A DNA stretch of 64,000 nucleotides from Haplodiscus bocki (Eukaryota). How positions within the stretch are numbered: the stretch's first letter is position 1; each line of letters opens with the position of its first letter. The stretch is from positions 56,668,001 to 56,732,000 of the forward strand of contig OZ296652.1 in NCBI GenBank assembly GCA_965655095.1, given 5' to 3'. The notes under the pieces were generated by a model. That model saw only the letters and a list, made by a program, of their open reading frames with translations, did no database searches and was not told the DNA's origin. Below are positions 11,221 to 26,400 of the stretch, one piece after another. Both the position numbers and the translations under genes were made by a program.

Positions 11221-11504
11221 AGAATTTTAAACTAGAAATTTAACCGAGGTTGATTGTTGTTTTCGGTCGTAATATATTACGAAATTGAAATTACTCCCTC
11301 ACTAAGTTGACTTTATTCTCCGGACTTAGCCCACTCGAGTGAACCTGCTCCGGTTTTTTTTTATTAAAACCCATATGAACTCGGAGCATTCAGGTTTGAC
11401 AATCTCGGCGAAAAATTTTGCTAATAGTCCAAATACTTCGCTGAAACTCCGAATAATTTTCATGAATTTATAGATTTTTTCAGAAAATTATGTTATTCTC
11501 CAAA

Positions 11505-11812
11505 ACGTCTCTGGACTCGTAAAATGCAACTCTGACGACCCTACCGAAAGTTTCTGAAAACGATTCCGAAAAACTTTTGCTCAAAGTCAGAAAGCAACTA
11601 CAAAAGTAAATTATTGATACATAAATTTTTTCCTGAAAATGTTCCTCTGGACACGTAGAATGCTGTTTGACGACCCTGCCGATTGTTTTTTTCTCGACGT
11701 CCTAAAATTTTTGCTTCATTTCGAATTTTTTGCTTAATTTTTGAAAAACTGCTTTTCCCATAGTGTTCCTCTGGATAGATAGAATGTAATTTCATTAACC
11801 CTACCGAAAACG
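11505..11812 (+). repeat. Dispersed ~125-bp-period repeat family (TTCCTCTGGACACGTAGAATGC..TGACAACCCT), 3 copies
   Basis: Core motif at ~11510, 11640 and 11765; the same family recurs at ~58033-58290. Confidence 0.7.
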
Positions 11813-13789
11813 TTCTCTCTAAATGCGATTTTTGGGGTCCGACTTTTTTTTCGATACTTTAGATCAGGATATAATCTTGAAAACCGAGCAAATTTTGGCG
11901 AGTTTGACCAGAGCTATCACATTATAGGTCGTTCACATTAACGTACAGGGCTGAAAGTGCCACACTGTAACAAACGTTCAACAAAAAGACTCTTTTTCAT
12001 TATACACTGATGTTCGTTCGTGGTCCAAAAGCTTTCGATGTTTTTTCAGAAGAGAAAGCCGAGCTCAATTTGTCATTTTGAACAGGATGGTTGTCATATT
12101 TTAGGTCAAATTTATCCTCATGCAAAGCTTCAAATTGCCCTAATTATGCACAAGTTTACTGAATAGACTCCCTACTATGACACAAAATCATTTGATTGCC
12201 GTCCAACTGTTTTTTTTGATCGACTTTTTCGGCAGAATTTCGAACTTCAATCACTTGACAATGCTTAGTTATAAAACATTTTCTTCGCGTGTAGCCCTCC
12301 AAATTGACTCTATTTTAGTCATGTTTTACGACAAAACGATTCCTTTTCTTTTATCACAGAACAATCCTCAGTTGCACTCTGGCATTTTTTAATATAATTT
12401 TCTGCCAAGAAATTGCAACTCGAACTTTTTTTCGGCATTTCGAAATCTTTGTTTTGAAATTTTGTCAATTGAAGTCTTCCACTCTGGAGATATTTAGCAA
12501 ACGAACCCATTTTTGAAAGAGATCCAGTGGAAGACGGTAGTTGAGCCTCTTTTAGTTTGGTTGCAGTCAGAGAGAGACCTTCTTGATTTATCGGAAAAAA
12601 CACTGAAGTAATTTCCGCAGCAAAAGTTTTTTTTCATCAAATTTGGTGCGTCATATCAAAAAAAGGCCTGAAAATGGGCTACATTCTCCATGAGCGTAAC
12701 AGAGCTTCCCATTGTTCATTGTTTGGCTTTAACTGCTGTTTTATGTCAGGCAATTTTTGCTAGCTTTTCGGCGATAGAACCTGATTATTGGGCCATATTG
12801 TATGAATTGAACTTTTTGTGGAACTTCGGTATCCTGGCACATTGACATATCAAAACAGGCAAACTTATCAACCATTGCAACAACGGGTTTCCAAAATTTT
12901 AGCTAACGCTCTTGGGTCAGAGAATTTTTGAGGAAAATTCAAGTGAAACAAATGGCCATTTGATTGTTTTGTGAATCATTAGTCCTATATCCTGAACGAA
13001 AAGTCTGAAAAGCAGGCTTTAGTTTTACAATAACAAGGAAACTCCAGTTTATCACAAACTGAGTTTTAGTTGAAGTCGGTTTTTGTCGTGGTTTTCTCCG
13101 AACAGCCTTGAAATCGATCTAATTCGAAGACCTTTGAAAATCGCAGATTTAATTTATGTCAAATCCGTGAAGCACGGGAATTTCATTTACAATTTGAAGG
13201 CAAACTTTTTTTGTTTTTCTTGGAAATTCCGTCCACGGGCCTAGTACCGAGCCACTTTTGAGCGTTTTTGTGCTTCCGAATTGCTACCAGGTGATAGCGT
13301 CCCAAGCGTTTTTGATAATTACATCTAGGTTCGAAAAATCACTTTTTCTCAATAGTTACGAGCCTGATTTCTTTTTTATCAAAAACTCAAGCTAAATCTA
13401 AAGCTCACGAGGACAGCTCGGCAAAAAGTGATCAATGTTCATCTTTTTATCGCAATTCGGAGAACCCAATATGGACAAATCTTGTTAGTAATTTTGACAA
13501 ATCCTTATATTCAGTTTCACATTTTTCCACATTTATAAGCTTCATTTGTTCCCTCAGGGTGTAGTTCGATTCATTTTTGTCTCTAGAAGGGCCTTGCAGT
13601 TGGAATTTATTGGCTTCAGGCTATCAACAGAGGTATCAAAGTAGGGAGAAATCTTAAACTGTCATTAATTTTTTGTCGATAATCGAACTCCTGTTTTTCT
13701 TTATCTTTTCTGCTCTATAGCACAGCTTGCACAATTGTGAAACATTTTCATCATCAAATATTTGTAACAGAAAGTTACATAAGAATCAA

Positions 13790-14445
13790 ACAAAAAAGAG
13801 AGCCTCGAAGTATTCAGACATGCTACAAGATCTCAATCGAAAACTACTTTTAAATGTTCGATCATTCATTTCAACACTCATTTGACGGAAAATACTGAAG
13901 TGCGACTGCGTTTTTAGTCGCAGTCTCTCTACCGAGACATTACAAAGAGTTAAGTGAAACCACAAACATCGAGCTTTGACGGAAAAAGAAACTACGGGAG
14001 AATGAATACTTACCAACAATGACCGAAAATATCGAAACAATATATACGATTGACAATTTAGACAAAAAACCACTGATCGAAGAAGATGCAATCATGGATG
14101 TAAATTAGAAAACAAAAAGAGAACATACTAAATATCTTGAGCAATGGGGAGCGATACAATTCATCAGAAAGCGCTATTTAAACTTCTGAGTGAAGCAGAC
14201 CAAATCAAGGTCGGCAAATTGATGCAATTATGCTACTGACACTTTGAGCAAAAAAAAAGATGAGCACAATACCGAAAAATTTTCCTTTTAGGCAAGACAA
14301 ACCAAGAGGAAGACACCAGCAGACTTTTTAGGCGAAGTAATTGAATTTGAAAAAGTTTGATATCGTCAAAGTTTGCACCGAACTTTTAAAATAAAATGTT
14401 AAAATTGATGTACCTGGCAAAAAGCTTACTAATGTGATTTGATGA
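13790..14445 (+). pseudogene. Gypsy gag (capsid) remnant
   Basis: TIHQKALFKLLSEADQIKVGKLMQ..HFEQKK..HNTEKFSF*ARQTKRKTPADFLGEVIEFEKV* resembles the gag major-homology-like 'FF..KQ...ET..DF...L' region; heavily decayed. Confidence 0.55.
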
Positions 14446-14451
14446 ATTTGA

Positions 14452-17400
14452 TATGTTTATCCCACATCCCAAAAACACTTCATGTCAAGATTAACTTAAC
14501 AATGAACTCTTGATGTGCACTGAAGAAAAAGGTTACGACTTGAGAGGAAACAGAAATAAAATAACCCGCTGTCCGGGAAAAATATACAAGCTAGATATAG
14601 GGAAAGTCAACGAAAAGTGTTACTTTTTTGGGACGGAAAACACATAAAAAACTCGAACAAAAAAATCCTAACAAACTTAAAGTTGGAACAATCGAGATCA
14701 GACAAAAAAACTAATCTTTTTGCGAAAAAACTGAAAATTTTTCCGACCTCCCACTTGATTTTCAGAGAAAACTGGCGAACTACAGCTAGATACCAAGAAC
14801 GACCTACGACAAAAGAAGGCAATGCAAAATGCCCAAAGCACTAATTTCAACAAAAAATCCAACAAAAACTGGCACAAAGAGGAAGTCCCTGAGAAATTGA
14901 AACTCAACGGAAAGAAAACTTGGAAAAAGTTGCCCTAATGCCAGACACCAAACTAGAACTGGAATCACAATCGATTTACTACAGAGGGGACATGACCTTA
15001 TTGCAAAAGCTATATCGTTTTGGCAAAGATGTGTACCAGATCGGAATTGAGCGACGCAAAAGATTCGTAAAAATCAATCAAGCCGCAAAAACCGATATGC
15101 GATTCAGACAGGTCATTGAACATAATAGTCGAGGAAAAGAAAACTATACAAAATAACTAATTGACCTTGAACTTCAAAATTGACGGAGAAACAAAAAACT
15201 AAGTTTTGAATCCGGATTCCCTGGTGCAAAAATGCCACATGACCACGAAATTTCAAAGACAATTTAGTTCTACGAAAACTTACAAATATCAAGTGACCAG
15301 AAACTTAATAGACTTTCTCCGATACTGTCAGGCGGAAGCAGTCCTTGAGGGATCAAAATTATGATTTCAACCTATTTATTCGAAGGTCAAGGCATAAAGC
15401 AGTTACCTGGAAAAGACTGATTCCGAGATTTCACTTGGACGACACAAATTATCAACAACATTTCGGGCCTGCAGAAAAAAATATTCTAACAATCGCGGAT
15501 TTGGGCACGGGAATAAATGCCCTTCGAACAATAAGCGGCATCGGAAGAAAAACGACTGAAATCGCGACAACATCCATAAAAAATGAAAAGAAACTGACCA
15601 ACACAGTAACTTTCGCAGCACACAAAGGTGAAAGATGAAGTTGATGAAGACTCTTAGAGGGGAGAAGAAGAAAATGAAGACTGTTCCATATCTCCAGCAG
15701 CAATAACCATGGGATGGATAAATTAGTAAACCTGTTTAGGACTCAAGAATTTACAACAATTGTTGCAAAAAAAATGAGTCAACACATGCGTAACTTGGAG
15801 GAATTACTGAATCTCAGAAGTAAAAAAAATAACAGTGAAAACAGACCATTTCGCTTACTTAAAAAGGACTAAGCGAGAGGTCAATTGAAACAATAAAAGC
15901 AAATATAACCGTAGTTTTACGCAAAAGATGAAGGAACAGGTTGATAAAAACTGTTAGAGAAGTGCAGAAAACAAATGAAGACTGTTCCATATCTACAGCA
16001 GTATTAACCGTGGAGCAGGATAAACCAGTGAATGTTTTTCGGACTCAACAAAAACAAACAACGGTTGCATAAGAATCAGAAAACCTATGCGGAACTGGGA
16101 AGAATTACTGATTCACAAGTCGACAGAAAATATAACAGTAAAAGGAACTGAGATGGTAACCTAAAAGAAGCCTACTCGGACGGTCAATTGAAACAACAGA
16201 ATCAAACAGAACGTAGTTTTACAGAAAAGATGAAAGAGCAGATTGAAAAAAACTCTTGGAGATGTGCAGAAAACAAATGAAGATTGTTCCAAACCTCCAG
16301 TAGTATTCACCGTGGAGAAAGATAAACCCGTAAAACTGTTTTGCACTCAGAAAAGTTAAACAATTGCATAGAAAAGAAAAAAATACATTTGGAACTTAGA
16401 GGAGTTACTGAATCAAAAAATCGACAGTAAAAACTAACATCAAAAACGAACCGTTTTGGTTTTTTGAAAAAGCCTACTCGCACGGACAATTGAAACAAGA
16501 GAAGCAAACAGAAAGGTAGTTTCACGAAACAGATGAAAAAACAGGCTGAAAAAAATTCTTAGGGAAGTGCAGGAAACAAGTCAAGACTGTTCCATATTTC
16601 CGTTAGCTTTGACTTTAACTAAGGAGAGGGATAAAATAGTAAACATGTGTTGGACTCAAGAAAAAAAACAATTGTTTCATAAAAGTGAAACAACACAATT
16701 GGAACTTGAAGGATTTACTGAGCTTCAAAGTTGACGGAAAATATTACAGTAAAAACAAACTGTTTTGGTTACTTAAAATAGGCCTAAGCGCACGGTCAAT
16801 TGGAACCAGAGAAAAAAACGACAACACAGTTCTGCTAACACCTGACGTAACATGAACAGATACACAGTTTGAAACACAGAGCTTTTATTTATCCCACATC
16901 CTCAAAACACTTCATGTCAATTTCAAATTAACAATGAACTCTTGAGGTGCCTTGAAGGAAAAGGTTACGATTCGAGAAGAAACAAAAATAAAACTACTCG
17001 CTGTCAGGAAGAAACAACAACAAGCTAGATATAGGGAAAATGGAAGAAAATCTATCCTTTCCTGGGACGAAAAACATGGTTGCGACTTCAAATAGACGAA
17101 CATGTAAAAAAATTGACAAAAAAATCAAGACAAATTTAAAATTGAAACAAACGAGGTCGGACAAAAAAAACTAATCTTTTTGCGAAAAAACTGAATATTT
17201 TTCCGAACTCTCCCTTGAGTTTCAGAGAAAACTGTCGAACAACTAATAGATACCAAGAAGGACGTACGACAAAAGGACGCATTGCAAAATGCCCAAAGCA
17301 CTAATTTCCAAACAAAAAAATCCAACAAAAACTGGCACAAAGAGGAAGTCCCTGAGAAATTGAAACTCAACGGAAAGAAAACTTGGAAAAAGTTGCCCTA

Positions 17401-20400
17401 ATGCCAGACACCAAACTAGAACTGGAATCACAATCGATTTACTACAGAGGGGACATGACCTTATTGCAAAAGCTATATCGTTTTGGCAAAGATGTGTAAC
17501 AGATCGGAATTGAGCGACGCAAAAGATTCGTAAAAATCAATCAAGCCGCAAAAACCGATATGCGATTCAGACAGGTCATTGAACATAATAGTCGAGGAAA
17601 AGAAAACTATACAAAATAACTAATTGACCTTGAACTTCAAAATTGACGGAGAAACAAAAAACTAAGTTTTGAATCCGGATTCCCTGGTGCAAAAATGCCA
17701 CATGACCACGAAATTTCAAAGACAATTTAGTTCTACGAAAACTTACAAATATCAAGTGACCAGAAACTTAATAGACTTTCTCCGATACTGTCAGGCGGAA
17801 GCAGTCCTTGAGGGATCAAAATTATGATTTCAACCTATTTATTCGAAGGTCAAGGCATAAAGCAGTTACCTGGAAAAGACTGATTCCGAGATTTCACTTG
17901 GACGACACAAATTATCAACAACATTTCGGGCCTGCAGGAAAAAAATGTTCTAACAATCGCGGATTTGGGCACGGGAATAAATGCCCTTGGAACAATAAGC
18001 GGCATCGGAAGAAAAACAATTGAAATCGCGACAACATCCATAAAAAATAAAAAGAAACTGACCAACACAGTAACTTTTGCAGCACACAAAGGTGAAAGAT
18101 GAAGTTGATGAAGACTCTTAGAGGGGAGAAGAAGAAAATGAAGACTGTTCCATATCTCCAGCAGCAATAACCATGGGATGGATAAATTAGTAAACCTGTT
18201 TAGGACTCAAGAATTTAAAACAATTGTTGCAAAAAAAAAATGAGTCAACACATGCGTAACTTGGAGGAATTACTGAATCTCAGAAGTAAAAAAAATAACA
18301 GTGAAAACAGACCATTTCGCTTACTCAAAAAGGACTAAGCGAGAGGTCAATTGAAACAATAAAAGCAAACATAACCGTAGTTTTACGCAAAAGGTGAAGG
18401 AACAGGTTGATAAAAACTGTTAGAGAAGTGCAGAAAACAAATGAAGACTGTTCCATATCTACAGCAGTATTAACCGTGGAGCAGGATAAACCAGTGAATG
18501 TTTTTCGGACTCAACAAAAACAAACAACGGTTGCATAAGAATCAGAAAACCTATGCGGAACTGGGAAGAATTACTGATTCACAAGTCGACAGAAAATATA
18601 ACAGTAAAAGGAACTGAGATGGTAACCTAAAAGAAGCCTACTCGGACGGTCAATTGAAACAACAGAATCAAACAGAACGTAGTTTTACAGAAAAGATGAA
18701 AGAGCAGATTGAAAAAAACTCTTGGAGATGTGCAGAAAACAAATGAAGATTGTTCCAAACCTCCAGTAGTATTCACCGTGGAGAAAGATAAACCCGTAAA
18801 ACTGTTTTGCACTCAGAAAAGTTAAACAATTGCATAGAAAAGAAAAAAATACATTTGGAACTTAGAGGAGTTACTGAATCAAAAAATCGACAGTAAAAAC
18901 TAACATCAAAAACGAACCGTTTTGGTTTTTTGAAAAAGCCTACTCGCACGGACAATTGAAACAAGAGAAGCAAACAGAAAGGTAGTTTCACGAAACAGAT
19001 GAAAAAACAGGCTGAAAAAAATTCTTAGGGAAGTGCAGGAAACAAGTCAAGACTGTTCCATATTTCCGTTAGCTTTGACTTTAACTAAGGAGAGGGATAA
19101 AATAGTAAACATGTGTTGGACTCAAGAAAAAAAACAATTGTTTCATAAAAGTGAAACAACACAATTGGAACTTGAAGGATTTACTGAGCTTCAAAGTTGA
19201 CGGAAAATATTACAGTAAAAACAAACTGTTTTGGTTACTTAAAATAGGCCTAAGCGCACGGTCAATTGGAACCAGAGAAAAAAACGACAACACAGTTCTG
19301 CTAACACCTGACGTAACATGAACAGATACACAGTTTGAAACACAGAGCTTTTATTTATCCCACATCCTCAAAACACTTCATGTCAATTTCAAATTAACAA
19401 TGAACTCTTGAGGTGCCTTGAAGGAAAAGGTTACGATTCGAGAAGAAACAAAAATAAAACTACTCGCTGTCAGGAAGAAACAACAACAAGCTAGATATAG
19501 GGAAAATGGAAGAAAATCTATCCTTTCCTGGGACGAAAAACATGGTTGCGACTTCAAATAGACGAACATGTAAAAAAATTGACAAAAAAATCAAGACAAA
19601 TTTAAAATTGAAACAAACGAGGTCGGACAAAAAAAACTAATCTTTTTGCGAAAAAACTGAATATTTTTCCGAACTCTCCCTTGAGTTTCAGAGAAAACTG
19701 TCGAACAACTAATAGATACCAAGAAGGACGTACGACAAAAGGACGCATTGCAAAATGCCAAAAGCACTAATTTCCAAACAAAAAAATCCAACAAAAACTG
19801 GCACAAAGAGGAAGTCCCTGAGAAATTGAAACTCAACGGAAAGAAAACTTGGAAAAAGTTGCCCTAATGCCAGACACCAAACTAGAACTGGAATCACAAT
19901 CGATTTACTACAGAGGGGACATGACCTTATTGCAAAAGCTATATCGTTTTGGCAAAGATGTGTAACAGATCGGAATTGAGCGACGCAAAAGATTCGTAAA
20001 AATCAATCAAGCCGCAAAAACCGATATGCGATTCAGACAGGTCATTGAACATAATAGTCGAGGAAAAGAAAACTATACAAAATAACTAATTGACCTTGAA
20101 CTTCAAAATTGACGGAGAAACAAAAAACTAAGTTTTGAATCCGGATTCCCTGGTGCAAAAATGCCACATGACCACGAAATTTCATAGACAATTTAGTTCT
20201 ACGAATAATTACAAATATCAAGTGACCAGAAACTTAATAGACTTTCTCCGATACTGTCAGGCGGAAGCAGTCCTTGAGGGATCAAAATTATGATTTCAAC
20301 CTATTTATTCGAAGGTCAAGGCATAAAGCAGTTACCTGGAAAAGACTGATTCCGAGATTTCACTTGGACGACACAAATTATCAACAACATTTCGGGCCTG

Positions 20401-23400
20401 CAGGAAAAAAATGTTCTAACAATCGCGGATTTGGGCACGGGAATAAATGCCCTTGGAACAATAAGCGGCATCGGAAGAAAAACAATTGAAATCGCGACAA
20501 CATCCATAAAAAATAAAAAGAAACTGACCAACACAGTAACTTTTGCAGCACACAAAGGTGAAAGATGAAGTTGATGAAGACTCTTAGAGGGGAGAAGAAG
20601 AAAATGAAGACTGTTCCATATCTCCAGCAGCAATAACCATGGGATGGATAAATTAGTAAACCTGTTTAGGACTCAAGAATTTAAAACAATTGTTGCAAAA
20701 AAAAAATGAGTCAACACATGCGTAACTTGGAGGAATTACTGAATCTCAGAAGTAAAAAAAATAACAGTGAAAACAGACCATTTCGCTTACTCAAAAAGGA
20801 CTAAGCGAGAGGTCAATTGAAACAATAAAAGCAAACATAACCGTAGTTTTACGCAAAAGATGAAGGAACAGGTTGATAAAAACTGTTAGAGAAGTGCAGA
20901 AAACAAATGAAGACTGTTCCATATCTACAGCAGTATTAACCGTGGAGCAGGATAAACCAGTGAATGTTTTTCGGACTCAACAAAAACAAACAACGGTTGC
21001 ATAAGAATCAGAAAACCTATGCGGAACTGGGAAGAATTACTGATTCACAAGTCGACAGAAAATATAACAGTAAAAGGAACTGAGATGGTAACCTAAAAGA
21101 AGCCTACTCGGACGGTCAATTGAAACAACAGAATCAAACAGAACGTAGTTTTACAGAAAAGATGAAAGAGCAGATTGAAAAAAACTCTTGGAGATGTGCA
21201 GAAAACAAATGAAGATTGTTCCAAACCTCCAGTAGTATTCACCGTGGAGAAAGATAAACCCGTAAAACTGTTTTGCACTCAGAAAAGTTAAACAATTGCA
21301 TAGAAAAGAAAAAAATACATTTGGAACTTAGAGGAGTTACTGAATCAAAAAATCGACAGTAAAAACTAACATCAAAAACGAACCGTTTTGGTTTTTTGAA
21401 AAAGCCTACTCGCACGGACAATTGAAACAAGAGAAGCAAACAGAAAGTTAGTTTCACGAAACAGATGAAAAAACAGGCTGAAAAAAATTCTTAGGGAAGT
21501 GCAGAAAACAAGTCAAGACTGTTCCATATTTCCGTTAGCTTTGACTTTAACTAAGGAGATGGATAAAATAGTAAACATGTGTTGGACTCAAGAAAAAAAA
21601 ACAACTGTTTCATAAAAGTGAAACAACACAATTGGAACTTGAAGGATTTACTGAGCTTCAAAGTTGATGGAAAATATTACAGTAAAAACAAACTGTTTTG
21701 GTTACTTAAAATAGGCCTAAGCGCACGGTCAATTGGAACCAGAGAAAAAAACGACAACACAGTTCTGCTAACACCTGACGTAACATGAACAGATACACAG
21801 TTTGAAACACAGAGCTTTTATTTATCCCACATCCTCAAAACACTTCATGTCAATTTCAAATTAACAATGAACTCTTGAGGTGCCTTGAAGGAAAATGTTA
21901 CGATTCGAGAAGAAACAAAAATAAAACTACTCGCTGTCAGGAAGAAATTACAACAAGCTAGATATAGGGAAAATGGAAGAAAATCTATCCTTTCCTGGGA
22001 CGAAAAACATGGTTGCGACTTCAAATAGACGAACATGTAAAAAAAATTGACAAAAAAATCAAGACAAATTTAAAATTGAAACAATCGAGGTCGGACAAAA
22101 AAAACTAATCTTTTTGCGAAAAAACTGAATATTTTCCCGAACTCTCCCTTGAGTTTCAGAGAAAACAGTCGAACAACTAATAGATACCAAGAAGGACGTA
22201 CGACAAAAGGACGCATTGCAAAATGCCAAAAGCACTAATTTCCAAACAAAAAAATCCAACAAAAACTGGCACAAAGAGGAAGTCCCTGAGAAATTGAAAC
22301 TCAACGGAAAGAAAACTTGGAAAAAGTTGCCCTAATGCCAGACACCAAACTAGAACTGGAATCACAATCGATTTACTACAGAGGGGACATGACCTTATTG
22401 CAAAAGCTATATCGTTTTGGCAAAGATGTGTACCAGATCGGAATTGAGCGACGCAAAAGATTCGTAAAAATCAATCAAGCCGCAAAAACCGATATGCGAT
22501 TCAGACAGGTCATTGAACATAATAGTCGAGGAAAAGAAAACTATACAAAATAACTAATTGACCTTGAACTTCAAAATTGACGGAGAAACAAAAAACTAAG
22601 TTTTGAATCCGGATTCCCTGGTGCAAAAATGCCACATGACCACGAAATTTCAAAGACAATTTAGTTCTACGAAAACTTACAAATATCAAGTGACCAGAAA
22701 CTTAATAGACTTTCTCCGATACTGTCAGGCGGAAGCAGTCCTTGAGGGATCAAAATTATGATTTCAACCTATTTATTCGAAGGTCAAGGCATAAAGCAGT
22801 TACCTGGAAAAGACTGATTCCGAGATTTCACTTGGACGACACAAATTATCAACAACATTTCGGGCCTGCAGGAAAAAAATGTTCTAACAATCGCGGATTT
22901 GGGCACGGGAATAAATGCCCTTGGAACAATAAGCGGCATCGGAAGAAAAACAATTGAAATCGCGACAACATCCATAAAAAATAAAAAGAAACTGACCAAC
23001 ACAGTAACTTTTGCAGCACACAAAGGTGAAAGATGAAGTTGATGAAGACTCTTAGAGGGGAGAAGAAGAAAATGAAGACTGTTCCATATCTCCAGCAGCA
23101 ATAACCATGGGATGGATAAATTAGTAAACCTGTTTAGGACTCAAGAATTTAAAACAATTGTTGCAAAAAAAAAATGAGTCAACACATGCGTAACTTGGAG
23201 GAATTACTGAATCTCAGAAGTAAAAAAAATAACAGTGAAAACAGACCATTTCGCTTACTCAAAAAGGACTAAGCGAGAGGTCAATTGAAACAATAAAAGC
23301 AAACATAACCGTAGTTTTACGCAAAAGATGAAGGAACAGGTTGATAAAAACTGTTAGAGAAGTGCAGAAAACAAATGAAGATTGTTCCAAACCTCCAGTA

Positions 23401-26400
23401 GTATTCACCGTGGAGAAAGATAAACCCGTAAAACTGTTTTGCACTCAGAAAAGTTAAACAATTGCATAGAAAAGAAAAAAATACATTTGGAACTTAGAGG
23501 AGTTACTGAATCAAAAAATCGACAGTAAAAACTAACATCAAAAACGAACCGTTTTGGTTTTTTGAAAAAGCCTACTCGCACGGACAATTGAAACAAGAGA
23601 AGCAAACAGAAAGTTAGTTTCACGAAACAGATGAAAAAACAGGCTGAAAAAAATTCTTAGGGAAGTGCAGAAAACAAGTCAAGACTGTTCCATATTTCCG
23701 TTAGCTTTGACTTTAACTAAGGAGATGGATAAAATAGTAAACATGTGTTGGACTCAAGAAAAAAAAACAACTGTTTCATAAAAGTGAAACAACACAATTG
23801 GAACTTGAAGGATTTACTGAGCTTCAAAGTTCATGGAAAATATTACAGTAAAACAAACTGTTTTGGTTACTCAAAATAGGCCTAAGCGCACGGTCAATTG
23901 GAACCAGAGAAAAAAACGACAACACAGTTCTGCTAACACCTGACGTAACATGAACAGATACACAGTTTGAAACACAGAGCTTTTATTTATCCCACATCCT
24001 CAAAACACTTCATGTCAATTTCAAATTAACAATGAACTCTTGAGGTGCCTTGAAGGAAAAGGTTACGATTCGAGAAGAAACAAAAATAAAACTACTCGCT
24101 GTCAGGAAGAAATTACAACAAGCTAGATATAGGGAAAATGGAAGAAAATCTATCCTTTCCTGGGACGAAAAACATGGTTGCGACTTCAAATAGACGAACA
24201 TGTAAAAAAAAATTGACAAAAAAATCAAGACAAATTTAAAATTGAAACAATCGAGGTCAGACAAAAAAAACTAATCTTTTTGCGAAAAAACTGAATATTT
24301 TTCCGAACTCTCCCTTGAGTTTCAGAGAAAACTGTCGAACAACTAATAGATACCAAGAAGGACGTACGACAAAAGGACGCATTGCAAAATGCCAAAAGCA
24401 CTAATTTCCAAACAAAAAAATCCAACAAAAACTGGCACAAAGAGGAAGTCCCTGAGAAATTGAAACTCAACGGAAAGAAAACTTGGAAAAAGTTGCCCTA
24501 ATGCCAGACACCAAACTAGAACTGGAATCACAATCGATTTACTACAGAGGGGACATGACCTTATTGCAAAAGCTATATCGTTTTGGCAAAGATGTGTACC
24601 AGATCGGAATTGAGCGACGCAAAAGATTCGTAAAAATCAATCAACCCGCAAAAACCGATATGCGATTCAGACAGGTCATTGAACATAATAGTCGAGGAAA
24701 AGAAAACTATACAAAATAACTAATTGACCTTGAACTTCAAAATTGACGGAGAAACAAAAAACTAAGTTTTGAATCCGGATTCCCTGGTGCAAAAATGCCA
24801 CATGACCACGAAATTTCAAAGACAATTTAGTTCTACGAAAACTTACAAATATCAAGTGACCAGAAACCTAATAGACTTTCTCGGATACTGTCAGGCGGAA
24901 GCAGTCCTTGAGGGATCAAAATTATGATTTCAACCTATTTATTCGAAGGTCAAGGCATAAAGCAGTTACCTGGAAAAGACGGATTCCGAGATTTCACTTG
25001 GACGACACAAATTATCAACAACATTTCGGGCCTGCAGGAAAAAAATATTCTAACAATCGCGGATTTGGGCACGGGAATAAATGCCCTTCGAAAAATAAGC
25101 GGCATCGGAAGAAAAACAATTGAAATCGCGACAACATCCTTAAAAAATAAAAAGAAACTGACCAACACAGTAACTTTCGCAGCACACAAAGGTGAAAGAT
25201 GAAGTTGATGAAGACTCTTAGAGGGGAGAAGAAGAAAATGAAGACTGTTCCATATCTCCAGCAGCAATAACCATGGGATGGATAAATTAGTAAACCTGTT
25301 TAGGACTCAAGAATTTAAAACAATTGTTGCAAAAAAAATGAGTCAACACATGCGTAACTTGGAGGAATTACTGAATCTCAGAAGTAAAAAAAATAACAGT
25401 GAAAACAGACCATTTCTTTTACTTAAAAAGGACTAAGCGAGAGGTCAATTGAAACAATAAAAGCAAACATAACCGTAGTTTTACGCAAAAGATGAAGGAA
25501 CAGGTTGATAAAAACTGTTAGAGAAGTGCAGAAAACAAATGAAGACTGTTCCAAACCTCCAGTAGTATTCACCGTGGAGAAAGATAAACCCGTAAAACTG
25601 TTTTGCACTCAGAAAAGTTAAACAATTGCATAGAAAAGAAAAAAATACATTTGGAACTTAGAGGAGTTACTGAATCAAAAAATCGACAGTAAAAACTAAC
25701 ATCAAAAACGAACCGTTTTGGTTTTTTGAAAAAGCCTACTCGCACGGACAAATGAAACAAGAGAAGCAAACAGAAAAGTACTTTCAAGAAACAAGACAGA
25801 ATAGGCTGAAAAAAATTCTTACGGAAGTGCAGAAAACAAATCAAGACTGTTCCATATTTCCGTTAGCTTTAACCGTGGAGGTGGATAAAATAGTAAACAT
25901 GTGTTGGACTCAAGAAAATAAAACAATTGTTTCATAAAAGTGAAACAACACAATTGGAACTTGAAGGATTTACTGAGCTTCAAAGTTGACGGAAAAGATA
26001 ACAGTGAAAACAGACCGTTTTGATTACTTAAAATAGGCCTACACGCACGGTCAATTGAAACAGTAGAAGCAAACAAAACCATAGTTTTAAGCAAAAAATG
26101 AAGGAACAGGTTGATAAAAACTGTTAGAGAAGTGCAGAAAACGAATGAAGACTGTTCCATATCTACAGCTGTATTAACCGTGGAGCAGGATAAACCAGTG
26201 AAAGTCTTTCGGACTCAACAAAAATAAACAACTGTTGCATAAGAATCAGAAAACCTATGCGGAACTGGGAAGAATTACGGATTCACAAAGTCGACAGAAA
26301 CACTAACAGTAAAAACGAACTGAGGTGGTAACCTAAGAGAAGCCTACTTGGACGGTCAAGTGAAACAACAGAACCAAACAAAATTGTAATTTCACAGAAA

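Noticed and set aside
11900-13700. Possible decayed antisense ORF or PBS (e.g. TTTGGTGCG at ~12642; ORF 12319-12603) in the Gypsy 5' region
   Set aside because: No recognisable motif, and the candidate PBS is not adjacent to the alignable LTR end; needs a family consensus.
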